NCBI GenBank assembly: GCA_017501205.1
Contig: JAFVXM010000001.1
Coordinates: 1 to 53,648, forward strand
DNA: 53,648 nt
Direction: 5' to 3'
Source: Clostridia bacterium
Lineage (GTDB): Bacteria; Bacillota; Clostridia; Christensenellales; Borkfalkiaceae
Positions 24,153 to 32,815 of the stretch are shown one piece after another. Position 1 is the first letter of the stretch. The number at the start of each line of letters is the position of its first letter. The position numbers and the translations under genes were made by a program. Below the pieces are notes generated by a model. The model ran no database searches. It was not told the DNA's origin and saw only the letters and a list, made by a program, of their open reading frames with translations.

Positions 24153-27100
24153 ATGTTTACTATTCATTTATGTAAAACCTATGCCGAGGCGCTCAGCGCC
24201 GCAGGCAAACGCGCGGCAGCGTTCGGCAAAGATCCATCCGAGCGCCTTTTTGCGTTCTGTGAGGACAAGCTGACCATGAGCCTTGAGAAAACCGTTGCCC
24301 ATGCATGCGGGGGCGGAACGTTTAACGTTCAGGTTACCACGTTCAGCCGTTTCATACATAATCACTCCCGAAGGAAGGGTGCGGTGCTCGATAAGGAAAG
24401 CTCTGCTATGGCGGTGAAGAGCATACTGTTGTCGCTTGCCGGTGAGCTCACCTGCTTTAAGCGCAGTGCGTTTGCTCCGGGAACGGCAGTAACTCTTTAC
24501 GAGCTTATAGCACAGCTCAAGAGTGCTAACGTTAGCACCGAGGATTTAAAGGGCGGCATGGAGCTTTTGGGCGGTGCGCTTCGCGGCAAGATCGAGGATA
24601 TAGTTAAGGTTTATGAGGCATACGAGGAGTACGTTTCCAAACGCGGGCTCTTTGATAGCAACTCTTATCTTGCACTCATGCCCGAGCTTCTCGAAAGTGG
24701 GCAGTTTGACGGAAGCTCCGCTATGCTCGTTGGCTTTGGCTCCCTCACAAGGCAGGGCGTTGAGATAGTAAAGGTTCTCGCAAAAAGGATGAAGGACGTG
24801 GACGTGTTTTTGCTTTCCGGTGAAAACGGAGAGCTTTACACTAATGAGCTAAAAGGCGTGTTAATGCGCGAAATAGGCGGTATTTCTGTTGTAGAAAGCC
24901 AAATGCAGTATTCTAAAGAGCACGTAGCTCTCATGGAAAATCTGTTTGGCTGCGCATCTCGCACCGAGCCAAAGACGGATACGGACAAGGTGTTTTATTA
25001 TGAGGCGGTCGATTGCTACGACGAGATAAGGCATATTGCCGCCGTTATAAGGAGAGAGGTTATCGGCGGTATGCGCTATCGCGATATTGCTGTGGCTGTG
25101 GGTAGTACGGCAGCTTATAAAACTGCCGTCAGCCGTATTTTTTCCGATTACGGCATCCCGTACTGCCTTGACGATCCAAGGCTTCTCGTTACCCACCCGA
25201 TAGCCAAGCTTACTGTTTCATACCTGGACGTGTTGCGCTCTAATTATGCGCCAAAGGACGCTGTTAAGCTTATGAAAAATCCGTATTTTTGTGCGGATAG
25301 AAGCGCAGCTGATAGGTTTGAGGCTTTTGTTTTAAGCAATGCGCTTACGGCGAAAAATATAAAAAGAGGCCTTTATCCCACGGGAAATGGGCAAGAAGAG
25401 TATGGCGAGGACTACTCTCTGTTTGAAAGAGAGAGGGCAAGGATAACTGCATTTGATAAAAAATGTGTTACTGTCAGCGACTTTGTCAGCCTTTTAAAGG
25501 AGATGCTTCTTGCCGTTGATGCGAAGGGCGAGGCGCAGAGGCAGGAGCTTGTTCTTCGCAAATACGGCGATGCGGCATCGGCAGCCTTTACCGGGCAGGC
25601 GTACGAAAAAACCGTTGCTGTTCTCGATTCTGTCGGCCGTATTCTCGGCGATCAGCCCGTTTCCGTTTCGGATTTCAGAAACCTTCTGCTTTCCGGATAT
25701 ACTGCGTGCAAGGTGTCGGTGCTTCCACAGCTTGCCGACGCCGTTTACGTGGGTGATTATAAGGAGTGCAAATACGTTGAGCACTCCATACTGTTTGCCG
25801 CGGGGCTTAGCGGAGACGTTCCCTTTACAAAGAGCGATACCGCTGTGCTAAACGACAGGGATCTTGCCAAGCTTGAGAGGTTTGACTGTATAGTTGAGCC
25901 TAAAATTAAAATCGTAAACCGTAGAGAGCGTGAAAACGTAGGTGCGGCGTTGCTGTCCTTTACGGATAGGCTTTACGCATCCCGTTCTGTTTCGGGTGCA
26001 GACGGAAAGCCCACGGTTAAAAGTAGAGTGGTTGATTGTATTCTTTCCGGGTTCACTCACGGCGGCAGAGCTTTGCCGGTGGTTACCGCTGCTATGCTTG
26101 ACGCAGCGTCGAAAAACAAGGAGGGTGTTTACCGTGAAGCATCTGCCCTGCGCTTTAATTCTCCCCGCCCCGCGATGGCGGAGTTTATTAGGGGAACTGC
26201 GGAATATAAGGCAGGGGCGAAATCTGAATATCGTGCAGAAGCCGCCTATTTCGCAGTTCTTCAGCAAAAAACGCCGGAGCAGGCGAGTCTTGCGGAGAAG
26301 TATCTTGAAAGAGAGGGCAGTGTGATAGCAAGGGAGCTTAAGGCGGGAAGCAAGCTTATCTTTAACGGCGATACTCTCAGCGCATCCGTTTTGGAAAGCT
26401 ATTTTGGTTGCCCGTTTGCCTGCTTTTTGCAGCACGGCTTGAGGCTTGCCGAGCGCGAAACCGGAGAGGTTAAGAGAAACGAATACGGAACGCTTTTACA
26501 CCAAACGCTTGAGGATTACGTGAGGCTAATTGCCGCTGATCTTGGCAAGGATGAGCGAAGGGTGAGGGATAAAGCGACCAGCGACGCGGTTGTTATGGAG
26601 ATACTGACTGCCGTGTCCTCAGATTATAAATACGCAAAATATCTTGAAACGGATAAATTCAAGGCGATGTTTGAGCTTGTTGGCAAGGAAGCGCGCAGGG
26701 TGGCTTACGCGGTATTCTGCCAGCTTGAGGGCTCGTCCTTCAAGCCTGTTGAAACCGAGGCCGTTTTTCGTGACGGGGCAAAATATCCTGCCTTGCGCAT
26801 CAACACGCCTTACGGCGTAAAGAGAATAAACGGCAAGATAGATCGTGTGGATCGCTACGACGATTACGTTAGAATTATAGATTACAAAACCGGCAAAACG
26901 CACGAGGACGACGAGAGTTTTTACACGGGAAACAACATACAGCTTTATCTGTATATGAACGCCTTTTTAGGCAAGGACGATAAGCCTGCGGGCGCGTATT
27001 ACTTCCCCGTGAGCGATAAGTACGCAGAGGGCGACGCAAACGTTTACGGGATGAAGGGAAAGACTCTTTCGAGCGAGAGTGTGGTTGTTGCAACGGATAA

Positions 27101-27431
27101 TTCCGTTCATGCTACGGGCGGAGAAAGCTCCGTGCTTGGCGCGAGGTTTGAGTTTAAAAACGGAAACGCCACCACGAGAAGTAAGGTGCTTATGAACGAC
27201 GGGCACTTCAGGGCCTATCTCGATTATGCGCTGATGATCTCCGAAAAGGGTGCAACCGAGATATCGGACGGTGTTATTGCGCCGTCTCCGTATGGTAGCA
27301 GATGCAATACGTGTAGGTACTTTAGCGTTTGCGGATTTGATCCGTCGATAGGCTACGAGCGAAAAGAGAAGGGCGTGAACGAGCAGACGGTTGCCGACGC
27401 TGTGGAGGTGCAAAATGGGCTTAACAAATGA
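24153..27431 (+). CDS. addB: helicase-nuclease complex subunit AddB/RexB (PD-(D/E)xK nuclease with Fe-S cluster; no N-terminal P-loop)
   Basis: Nuclease motif GKIDRVDRYDDYVRIIDYKTGK. Cys ligands: one of the pair in GCPFAC plus CNTCRYFSVC. Directly precedes and overlaps addA. Confidence 0.9.
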   Translation: MFTIHLCKTYAEALSAAGKRAAAFGKDPSERLFAFCEDKLTMSLEKTVAHACGGGTFNVQVTTFSRFIHNHSRRKGAVLDKESSAMAVKSILLSLAGELTCFKRSAFAPGTAVTLYELIAQLKSANVSTEDLKGGMELLGGALRGKIEDIVKVYEAYEEYVSKRGLFDSNSYLALMPELLESGQFDGSSAMLVGFGSLTRQGVEIVKVLAKRMKDVDVFLLSGENGELYTNELKGVLMREIGGISVVESQMQYSKEHVALMENLFGCASRTEPKTDTDKVFYYEAVDCYDEIRHIAAVIRREVIGGMRYRDIAVAVGSTAAYKTAVSRIFSDYGIPYCLDDPRLLVTHPIAKLTVSYLDVLRSNYAPKDAVKLMKNPYFCADRSAADRFEAFVLSNALTAKNIKRGLYPTGNGQEEYGEDYSLFERERARITAFDKKCVTVSDFVSLLKEMLLAVDAKGEAQRQELVLRKYGDAASAAFTGQAYEKTVAVLDSVGRILGDQPVSVSDFRNLLLSGYTACKVSVLPQLADAVYVGDYKECKYVEHSILFAAGLSGDVPFTKSDTAVLNDRDLAKLERFDCIVEPKIKIVNRRERENVGAALLSFTDRLYASRSVSGADGKPTVKSRVVDCILSGFTHGGRALPVVTAAMLDAASKNKEGVYREASALRFNSPRPAMAEFIRGTAEYKAGAKSEYRAEAAYFAVLQQKTPEQASLAEKYLEREGSVIARELKAGSKLIFNGDTLSASVLESYFGCPFACFLQHGLRLAERETGEVKRNEYGTLLHQTLEDYVRLIAADLGKDERRVRDKATSDAVVMEILTAVSSDYKYAKYLETDKFKAMFELVGKEARRVAYAVFCQLEGSSFKPVETEAVFRDGAKYPALRINTPYGVKRINGKIDRVDRYDDYVRIIDYKTGKTHEDDESFYTGNNIQLYLYMNAFLGKDDKPAGAYYFPVSDKYAEGDANVYGMKGKTLSSESVVVATDNSVHATGGESSVLGARFEFKNGNATTRSKVLMNDGHFRAYLDYALMISEKGATEISDGVIAPSPYGSRCNTCRYFSVCGFDPSIGYERKEKGVNEQTVADAVEVQNGLNK

Positions 27432-30400
27432 ACAAAAGCAAGCGATAATGCACGATAAAGGCAACATTTTGGTTTCTGCATCGGCAGGCAGCGGCAAGAC
27501 CTTCGTTATGATAGAGAGGCTAATACGCCTTATCGTTGAGGGGCATGCCGACGTTAGCGGAATACTTGCCGTAACGTTTACAAATCTCGCAGCGGCAGAG
27601 ATGAAGGAAAAGTTGGTAAACGCGCTTACCGCAAAGATAAACGATCCTCAAACGGATGCAGAAACGGCAAAGAGGCTGAAGGAGCAGTTGAGCGATGTGC
27701 CAAATGCCGATATATCAACCTTCCACTCCTTTTGTAACAACCTCGTAAAGAATTATTTTTACGAGCTTGGGTTGGATGCCTCCGTGAAGATTGCAGACGA
27801 GGTGCAAGCGAATATTTTAAAGACTCGGGCGATGGATTCTGTTTTTGAGGAAAGATATGCGAGCGGATCTGATCAGCTTGCAAGCCTGTTAAAGATATTC
27901 GTAAGGTACAGGAGCGACGAAGCGCTCAAGAAGCACGTGCTTGAGCTTCATAAGTTTTTTGAGAGTGAGGCCTACCCGAGCGAGGCTGCCAAAAATGCCG
28001 TAAGAGCTTACGGTGAAGAGGGCTTCGAAATGGTAAAAGCCGCCTTTTTCGAATATTATTGCGGTATTTTCAATAAAATTAAGGATCAGATGTCGGAGCT
28101 TAAGGATGAGTTTTTATCCATAGGCGCGAGTAAACAGGTTGACGTGTGCAACCTGATATACGTATATTCCGACGAGCTTATTAATGCCCGTGATTTTCTG
28201 AAGATGGCGCACGCAGCAATCGGTATGGACGTTGGCAGGCTCCCGTCGCTTCCGACAAACGGCGACGTTTATTTGGAGCAGATAAAGGAAAAGCTGTCGT
28301 CTGCAAAAAAGCGTTTTTCTGCGGAGATCAAGTACCTTACGGAAACGTTTGCCAAGCCAAGTGAGGAGCAGATAAAGGGCGACCTTATGAGTATGCGCGT
28401 CCCCGCGGAGCAGCTTATTGAGCTGTGTTTGGATTTCGGCAAGGAATATTCAAGACTCAAGAGAGAGGAAAACGTGGTGGACTTCCCTGACCTCGAGCAT
28501 TTTACGTTGGCGCTTTTGGAAAAGGATGAGATTCGCTCTGCGGTCAGCTCTCGCTACGAGTACGTTTTTGCAGATGAGTATCAGGATACGAACGGCGTTC
28601 AGGAGGAGATACTCTTAAAAATTTCTCGTGATAATCTGTTTATGGTGGGTGACGTGAAGCAGAGTATTTACGCCTTCCGCGGATGTAATCCCACGATTTT
28701 TGCTCGCAAGTTTGATAGGTTCAAATCCGGAAGCGGAGAGGGAACAGCGATGTCCTTAACCTCAAATTTCAGAAGCAGCAGCGAGGTCCTTGCCTGCGTG
28801 AACAGGATCTTTGGCGAGGTGATGACGGAGGAAACGGCGGCGTACGATTATAAATCCTCGCCCATGCGTGGCGGAAACGGAGAGGTTGGCGTTGCGGAGA
28901 TGCACATTGTAACAAGCGATGATTTAGGCGGTGCAAATGCCGAAAAACCCGCGAAAAAGGGGGTTTATAGCGTTAAAGACAATATTGATGGCAATGCAGA
29001 TGAGGAAACGTTTAACGAGGGGGTTCTCATTTCCGCGCTAATAAAAAAGGCTGCTTGTGGAACTGTTTTCGATAAGGACGTGGGTGAACGTCCGATGACG
29101 TACGGCGACGTGGTTATATTGACGCGCAGCATGGGGCCATATACGGCAAGGCTTGCTGAAACGCTTGCGGATAACGATATCCCCGTTACGTCCTCAACCA
29201 AGCAGCAGATAACCCTTTACCCCGAAATACGCCAACTCGTATCCTTCCTGCGGCTGCTGGACAGTGTCCGTCAGGACGTTGCGCTGTGCGGCGTAATGCG
29301 CGGACCGATAGGTGGCTTTACCGATGCAGAGCTTGTTGAGATACGCTCGTTTTCCACAGAGGAGAGAAGGGCTGTAGGTGAGAGGGATAGCAGGACGTTT
29401 GCCGACGCTGTGGAGTTATATATAGCCAATGGAGAGGGTGAGTTAAAAGAAAAGCTCACGCAATTTTACGGTGACGTGGAGCGTTGGCGTGTTCTTGCCG
29501 ATTACGTTGGCGCAGGTGAAATTCTCGCCACTGTTGTAAGAGAGAGAAATCTGGATATGTTTTATTCTGCCGCGCCCGATGGCAAAAACAGAATAAAGCG
29601 TATTGATAAATTTATTCAGGAGGCAGGTGCCCCCGATAGGCCTTATACAGTCAGGGAGTATCTCGATAGGTTGGATTCCAGCGCGGAGGATGTTGCCGTT
29701 ACCGAAACATCAGGCGGTGACGCCGTTAGAATTATGAGTATCCACGCGTCGAAGGGGCTGGAGTTTCCCGTTGTTATAACGTGTGGGCTTAACCGTCTTT
29801 TTAATTATATGGACTTAAGAGAAGAAATAATTAAGGACCGTGAGCTTGGTATTGCGCTTAAAACCTATGACACCGAAAACATGAAGGTCCGCACGAATAT
29901 TCTGTGTGAGCTTTTGAAAAAGAGATTTAAGGAAGCGTGCGTAAGAGAGGAAATGCGTATATTATACGTTGCTCTAACGAGGGCGAAAAGTGCCCTTTAT
30001 CTCACACAAACGCGAAAAAGCGATCTCCCAAACGCCCTTTCGGCGTTGGATATCGTATCCGCAAGCTCGTATTCAAAGCTGATATCTGCAGGCGCAGTAA
30101 AGCCGATTTTATATTCGCAGTCTGCAATAAGATCAATGTGCGTGCCCGTGAGCGCGAGAGAGGTGGTCGCCTCTGCTTCCGACGAGCAGCTTGAGCAAAA
30201 AATTGCACAGAATTTGAGCTTTGCTTATTCGTTTGATACCGAGTTGCCGGCAAAAAGCTCGGTAACCGCTCTGTTAAACGCGCAGGAGGATGGCGAGATG
30301 CCGGTGCCTGTGCTGTACGAGAGAGAGGAAAACGATGAGTATCTTGCGGGGGAGAAAAGGGAAGCTGCAATCGCGCGCGGCAATGCTTATCATAGGGTTA

Positions 30401-30852
30401 TGGAGCTTGCTGATTTTAATAAGTGGTCTGTTTCGCAGATTATCGAGCAAAAACACACCTTTGTTGAGGAAGGACTTATAGAGGAAAACGAGGCCTCACT
30501 CGTTGACGAGGCAAAGATTTGCGAGATATTAAAGGACGAATTTTTCCGTATGCCCGATGCAAGGTATTTCAGAGAATTGCCGTTTGAGGTTCTTGTTCCC
30601 GCAAGGCTCATAAAGGAAAATGGCGGCGATGAAGAGGTGCTTGTGCAGGGTGTTATCGACCTCATCGCCTTTGTTGATGGCGGTATACATATAGCCGATT
30701 ATAAGGTTTCGGGCAGAGGTGCGGAAAGGTTAAAGCAAAAGTATGCTACCCAGCTTGAGCTTTACTCGTATGCGGCGGAGCGAATAACGGGCAAACGGGT
30801 TCTGACAAAAAGGCTGTATAATTTGAGCACGGGCGAAAAAATAGAGCTGTAA
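27415..30852 (+). CDS. addA: ATP-dependent helicase/nuclease subunit AddA (UvrD/Rep-type helicase plus RecB-type nuclease)
   Basis: ASAGSGKTFVM Walker A, FADEYQDTN, C-terminal GVIDLIAF...IADYKVS nuclease motif. GGAGG is 6 nt before ATG 27415, which overlaps addB by 17 nt. Confidence 0.95.
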   Translation: MGLTNEQKQAIMHDKGNILVSASAGSGKTFVMIERLIRLIVEGHADVSGILAVTFTNLAAAEMKEKLVNALTAKINDPQTDAETAKRLKEQLSDVPNADISTFHSFCNNLVKNYFYELGLDASVKIADEVQANILKTRAMDSVFEERYASGSDQLASLLKIFVRYRSDEALKKHVLELHKFFESEAYPSEAAKNAVRAYGEEGFEMVKAAFFEYYCGIFNKIKDQMSELKDEFLSIGASKQVDVCNLIYVYSDELINARDFLKMAHAAIGMDVGRLPSLPTNGDVYLEQIKEKLSSAKKRFSAEIKYLTETFAKPSEEQIKGDLMSMRVPAEQLIELCLDFGKEYSRLKREENVVDFPDLEHFTLALLEKDEIRSAVSSRYEYVFADEYQDTNGVQEEILLKISRDNLFMVGDVKQSIYAFRGCNPTIFARKFDRFKSGSGEGTAMSLTSNFRSSSEVLACVNRIFGEVMTEETAAYDYKSSPMRGGNGEVGVAEMHIVTSDDLGGANAEKPAKKGVYSVKDNIDGNADEETFNEGVLISALIKKAACGTVFDKDVGERPMTYGDVVILTRSMGPYTARLAETLADNDIPVTSSTKQQITLYPEIRQLVSFLRLLDSVRQDVALCGVMRGPIGGFTDAELVEIRSFSTEERRAVGERDSRTFADAVELYIANGEGELKEKLTQFYGDVERWRVLADYVGAGEILATVVRERNLDMFYSAAPDGKNRIKRIDKFIQEAGAPDRPYTVREYLDRLDSSAEDVAVTETSGGDAVRIMSIHASKGLEFPVVITCGLNRLFNYMDLREEIIKDRELGIALKTYDTENMKVRTNILCELLKKRFKEACVREEMRILYVALTRAKSALYLTQTRKSDLPNALSALDIVSASSYSKLISAGAVKPILYSQSAIRSMCVPVSAREVVASASDEQLEQKIAQNLSFAYSFDTELPAKSSVTALLNAQEDGEMPVPVLYEREENDEYLAGEKREAAIARGNAYHRVMELADFNKWSVSQIIEQKHTFVEEGLIEENEASLVDEAKICEILKDEFFRMPDARYFRELPFEVLVPARLIKENGGDEEVLVQGVIDLIAFVDGGIHIADYKVSGRGAERLKQKYATQLELYSYAAERITGKRVLTKRLYNLSTGEKIEL

Positions 30853-30859
30853 AAGGTTT

Positions 30860-30901
30860 AAAAACCTCCGCTTTGGGAATAAAAAAGCAGGAGGTTTTTT
30901 T
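30860..30901 (+). terminator. intrinsic terminator after addA
   Basis: aaaaacctcc / ggaggttttt 10-bp stem followed by T7. The right arm contains GGAGG. Confidence 0.7.
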
Positions 30902-31597
30902 ATGTTCTTTAACGCGTTATGGGATTTTTTTGTTAGCGGAGGAGGAGTTAGCATCGGTATAATCTCCGTTTGCAGCGTCGGCGTGGTGTTCGTTGTAACG
31001 TTTGTTGCGGGGCTTATCAGCACGGAAACAGCAGCGGCGGACAAGAGATTTTTTCTGTGGTTTGCAGAGCTGGGCTCGCTTGCCGTGGTTGGTTGCGCCG
31101 CTTTGGATTTTCTTTCCGCAAAAAGCTTTGGCATAAAGCATCTCGCCCTTGTTTTGACATCTACCGTTATGCTGTTTTTATTTGAGTATGGCATTTTAAA
31201 GGTGCAGGCTTGTGTGGCGAAATTCATTTTGAGAAGGAAGGAAAGCAGAGAAAAAGGGCAAGGCTTCACAGAGAGCGCCGTGGCGGAGTGTCGCGTCGAA
31301 AATATAATTACCCCCTTAAAACGCGTAAAAACGGCAAAAATCAAAGAGGTTATACTTAGGAAAACCGAGCGCAGGGTAATGGAAAAGGGCTTTGAAACGC
31401 GCCTTGGCAGGGCTTACGTTGGCGACTGCATAAATAGGCTTCGAGGCAAGGCGCTGTCCTGCGAGGATGGGCGGACCGTTGACGTTATAGAGCACAATCT
31501 TGCAATTCTTTTAAGGGAAGATCGGGAAGAGGATAGCGTTGCCATAAGCGAAAATTGCGGCAGACTGATTACGCTTCTTGCAAAATATTCTAAATAA
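30902..31597 (+). CDS. hypothetical membrane protein (about 3 N-terminal TM helices plus a charged soluble C-terminal half)
   Basis: 231-aa ORF. ATG lies 7 nt after GGAGG. The hydrophobic N-terminal 110 aa are followed by a K/R/E-rich domain. Confidence 0.55.
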   Translation: MFFNALWDFFVSGGGVSIGIISVCSVGVVFVVTFVAGLISTETAAADKRFFLWFAELGSLAVVGCAALDFLSAKSFGIKHLALVLTSTVMLFLFEYGILKVQACVAKFILRRKESREKGQGFTESAVAECRVENIITPLKRVKTAKIKEVILRKTERRVMEKGFETRLGRAYVGDCINRLRGKALSCEDGRTVDVIEHNLAILLREDREEDSVAISENCGRLITLLAKYSK

Positions 31598-31614
31598 AAA
31601 GTTGGCACTAACTG

Positions 31615-31643
31615 TTAAAAATACGGAAAAGCGGGTGTATAAT
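31615..31643 (+). promoter_or_regulatory. candidate promoter for the tail-fibre-like gene
   Basis: TTAAAA (31615-31620), 17 nt, TATAAT (31638-31643), preceded by TG. Confidence 0.4.
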
Positions 31644-31688
31644 AAAGACGGTCGAAAGACTTCCGGCGCTGCCTGCGGGGAGAATTTT

Positions 31689-32627
31689 ATGACGGCCAAA
31701 ATAATAGGCAAAAAGGTTATGATATCTAACCTTGCGGTTATCGAGGGTGAGAGGCTTGTTGATGAGATCGTGTTTGAAATGCCCATCGCCTACGGGCAAA
31801 CGGATCTTACCGATAAGGAGGCTCACGTCAATCTGCGCCGTGCAGATGGCAGCACCGATAAAATTGTGGTGCCCTTTGTTGTGGATGGCGAAACTATTTT
31901 CGTAACGTGGAAGCTGGATGCAACCGCAACGGCTGTGCCCGGAGAGCTCGACGTGCATCTGTCCTTTGAGAGCCTTGAGGGCGACGTGATATACATGACC
32001 GAGCGTTTTACCCTGAACGTTCAACCCTCGGTGGATGCATATCGCGATCTAACGGACAGAAGCCCCACGGCACTCAGCAAGCTGCAGCGACAGATGGCTG
32101 AGTACGTTATGAGGATGCAGGAGCTTGTTGACGAGGTTAACGAAAAGATATCCGGCATTGAGGGTGGAGGAACGGGCTCGGGCGGTGGAGCTGTATACGA
32201 TGAAGCAAACAAGCTTCCCGCCGATTACGTCGATGGCCTTGCCGCCGTTGCAAAGAGCGGAAGCTACGGCGATCTTATCGATGCTCCGTCCCTCGCTCTG
32301 TACGCTACGCAGGCCGAGCTTGCAAGTAAGGGCGACGAGATCAAAAACACGTTTTCACCCATATACGTAAAGTACATAACCAACTCAAACACCTTTGCTG
32401 AAATTATCGATTGGAGTAATTACAACAAAGCGGTGCTTACCGAGTGGAAGGGCGGAGCAAATCTGTCGCGCCCTGTATTTTTGTGGGATACGGCGACTAA
32501 CACCTATTATCCCACGTACTATGTGGTGCTAAGCGAGGATCAGGCGGATATATTCTTTTTAAAGGATAACGCGCTCTACAGTGTGTTTTACAATTCCGCA
32601 AACGATTCGTTTGGCTTTAACGTGTAA
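31689..32627 (+). CDS. phage baseplate-upper-protein/tail-fibre-like protein (BppU_N-like Ig domain, coiled coil, Gly linker, tail-fibre repeat, unknown C-terminal domain)
   Basis: GGGGAGA RBS 5 nt before ATG 31689. The N-terminal ~115 aa resemble BppU_N (LTDKEAHVNLRRADGS...GELDVHLSF). VAKSGSYGDLIDAPSLALYATQAEL matches the common phage tail-fibre repeat. Confidence 0.65.
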   Translation: MTAKIIGKKVMISNLAVIEGERLVDEIVFEMPIAYGQTDLTDKEAHVNLRRADGSTDKIVVPFVVDGETIFVTWKLDATATAVPGELDVHLSFESLEGDVIYMTERFTLNVQPSVDAYRDLTDRSPTALSKLQRQMAEYVMRMQELVDEVNEKISGIEGGGTGSGGGAVYDEANKLPADYVDGLAAVAKSGSYGDLIDAPSLALYATQAELASKGDEIKNTFSPIYVKYITNSNTFAEIIDWSNYNKAVLTEWKGGANLSRPVFLWDTATNTYYPTYYVVLSEDQADIFFLKDNALYSVFYNSANDSFGFNV

Positions 32628-32634
32628 TTTGCCT

Positions 32635-32670
32635 AAAGAAAGAAGGGGGAGATACCCCTTCTTTCTTTTT
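32635..32670 (+). terminator. intrinsic terminator
   Basis: aaagaaagaagggg / ccccttctttcttt 14-bp stem plus T-run. Confidence 0.8.
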
Positions 32671-32751
32671 GATAACCGTATGGGTTTAATGCTCAAAAAT
32701 GGTAAACCTAACAAATAATGCGAAGATAGGCGGAATTTTGATGTGTTACGG

Positions 32752-32780
32752 TTGACAATTAAATAAAAAACAGTTAAACT
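32752..32780 (+). promoter_or_regulatory. sigmaA-type promoter
   Basis: TTGACA (32752-32757), 17 nt, TAAACT (32775-32780). Confidence 0.5.
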
Positions 32781-32815
32781 AATAAAAGATAATTCAGAAG
32801 GGCTTTAAGGTAAAT

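Noticed and set aside
30730-31344. 204-aa minus-strand ORF overlapping the addA 3' end and ORF 30902-31597.
   Set aside because: The plus-strand ORF has an SD at the correct spacing and clear TM helices. The minus-strand ORF crosses the addA terminator and the addA coding end.
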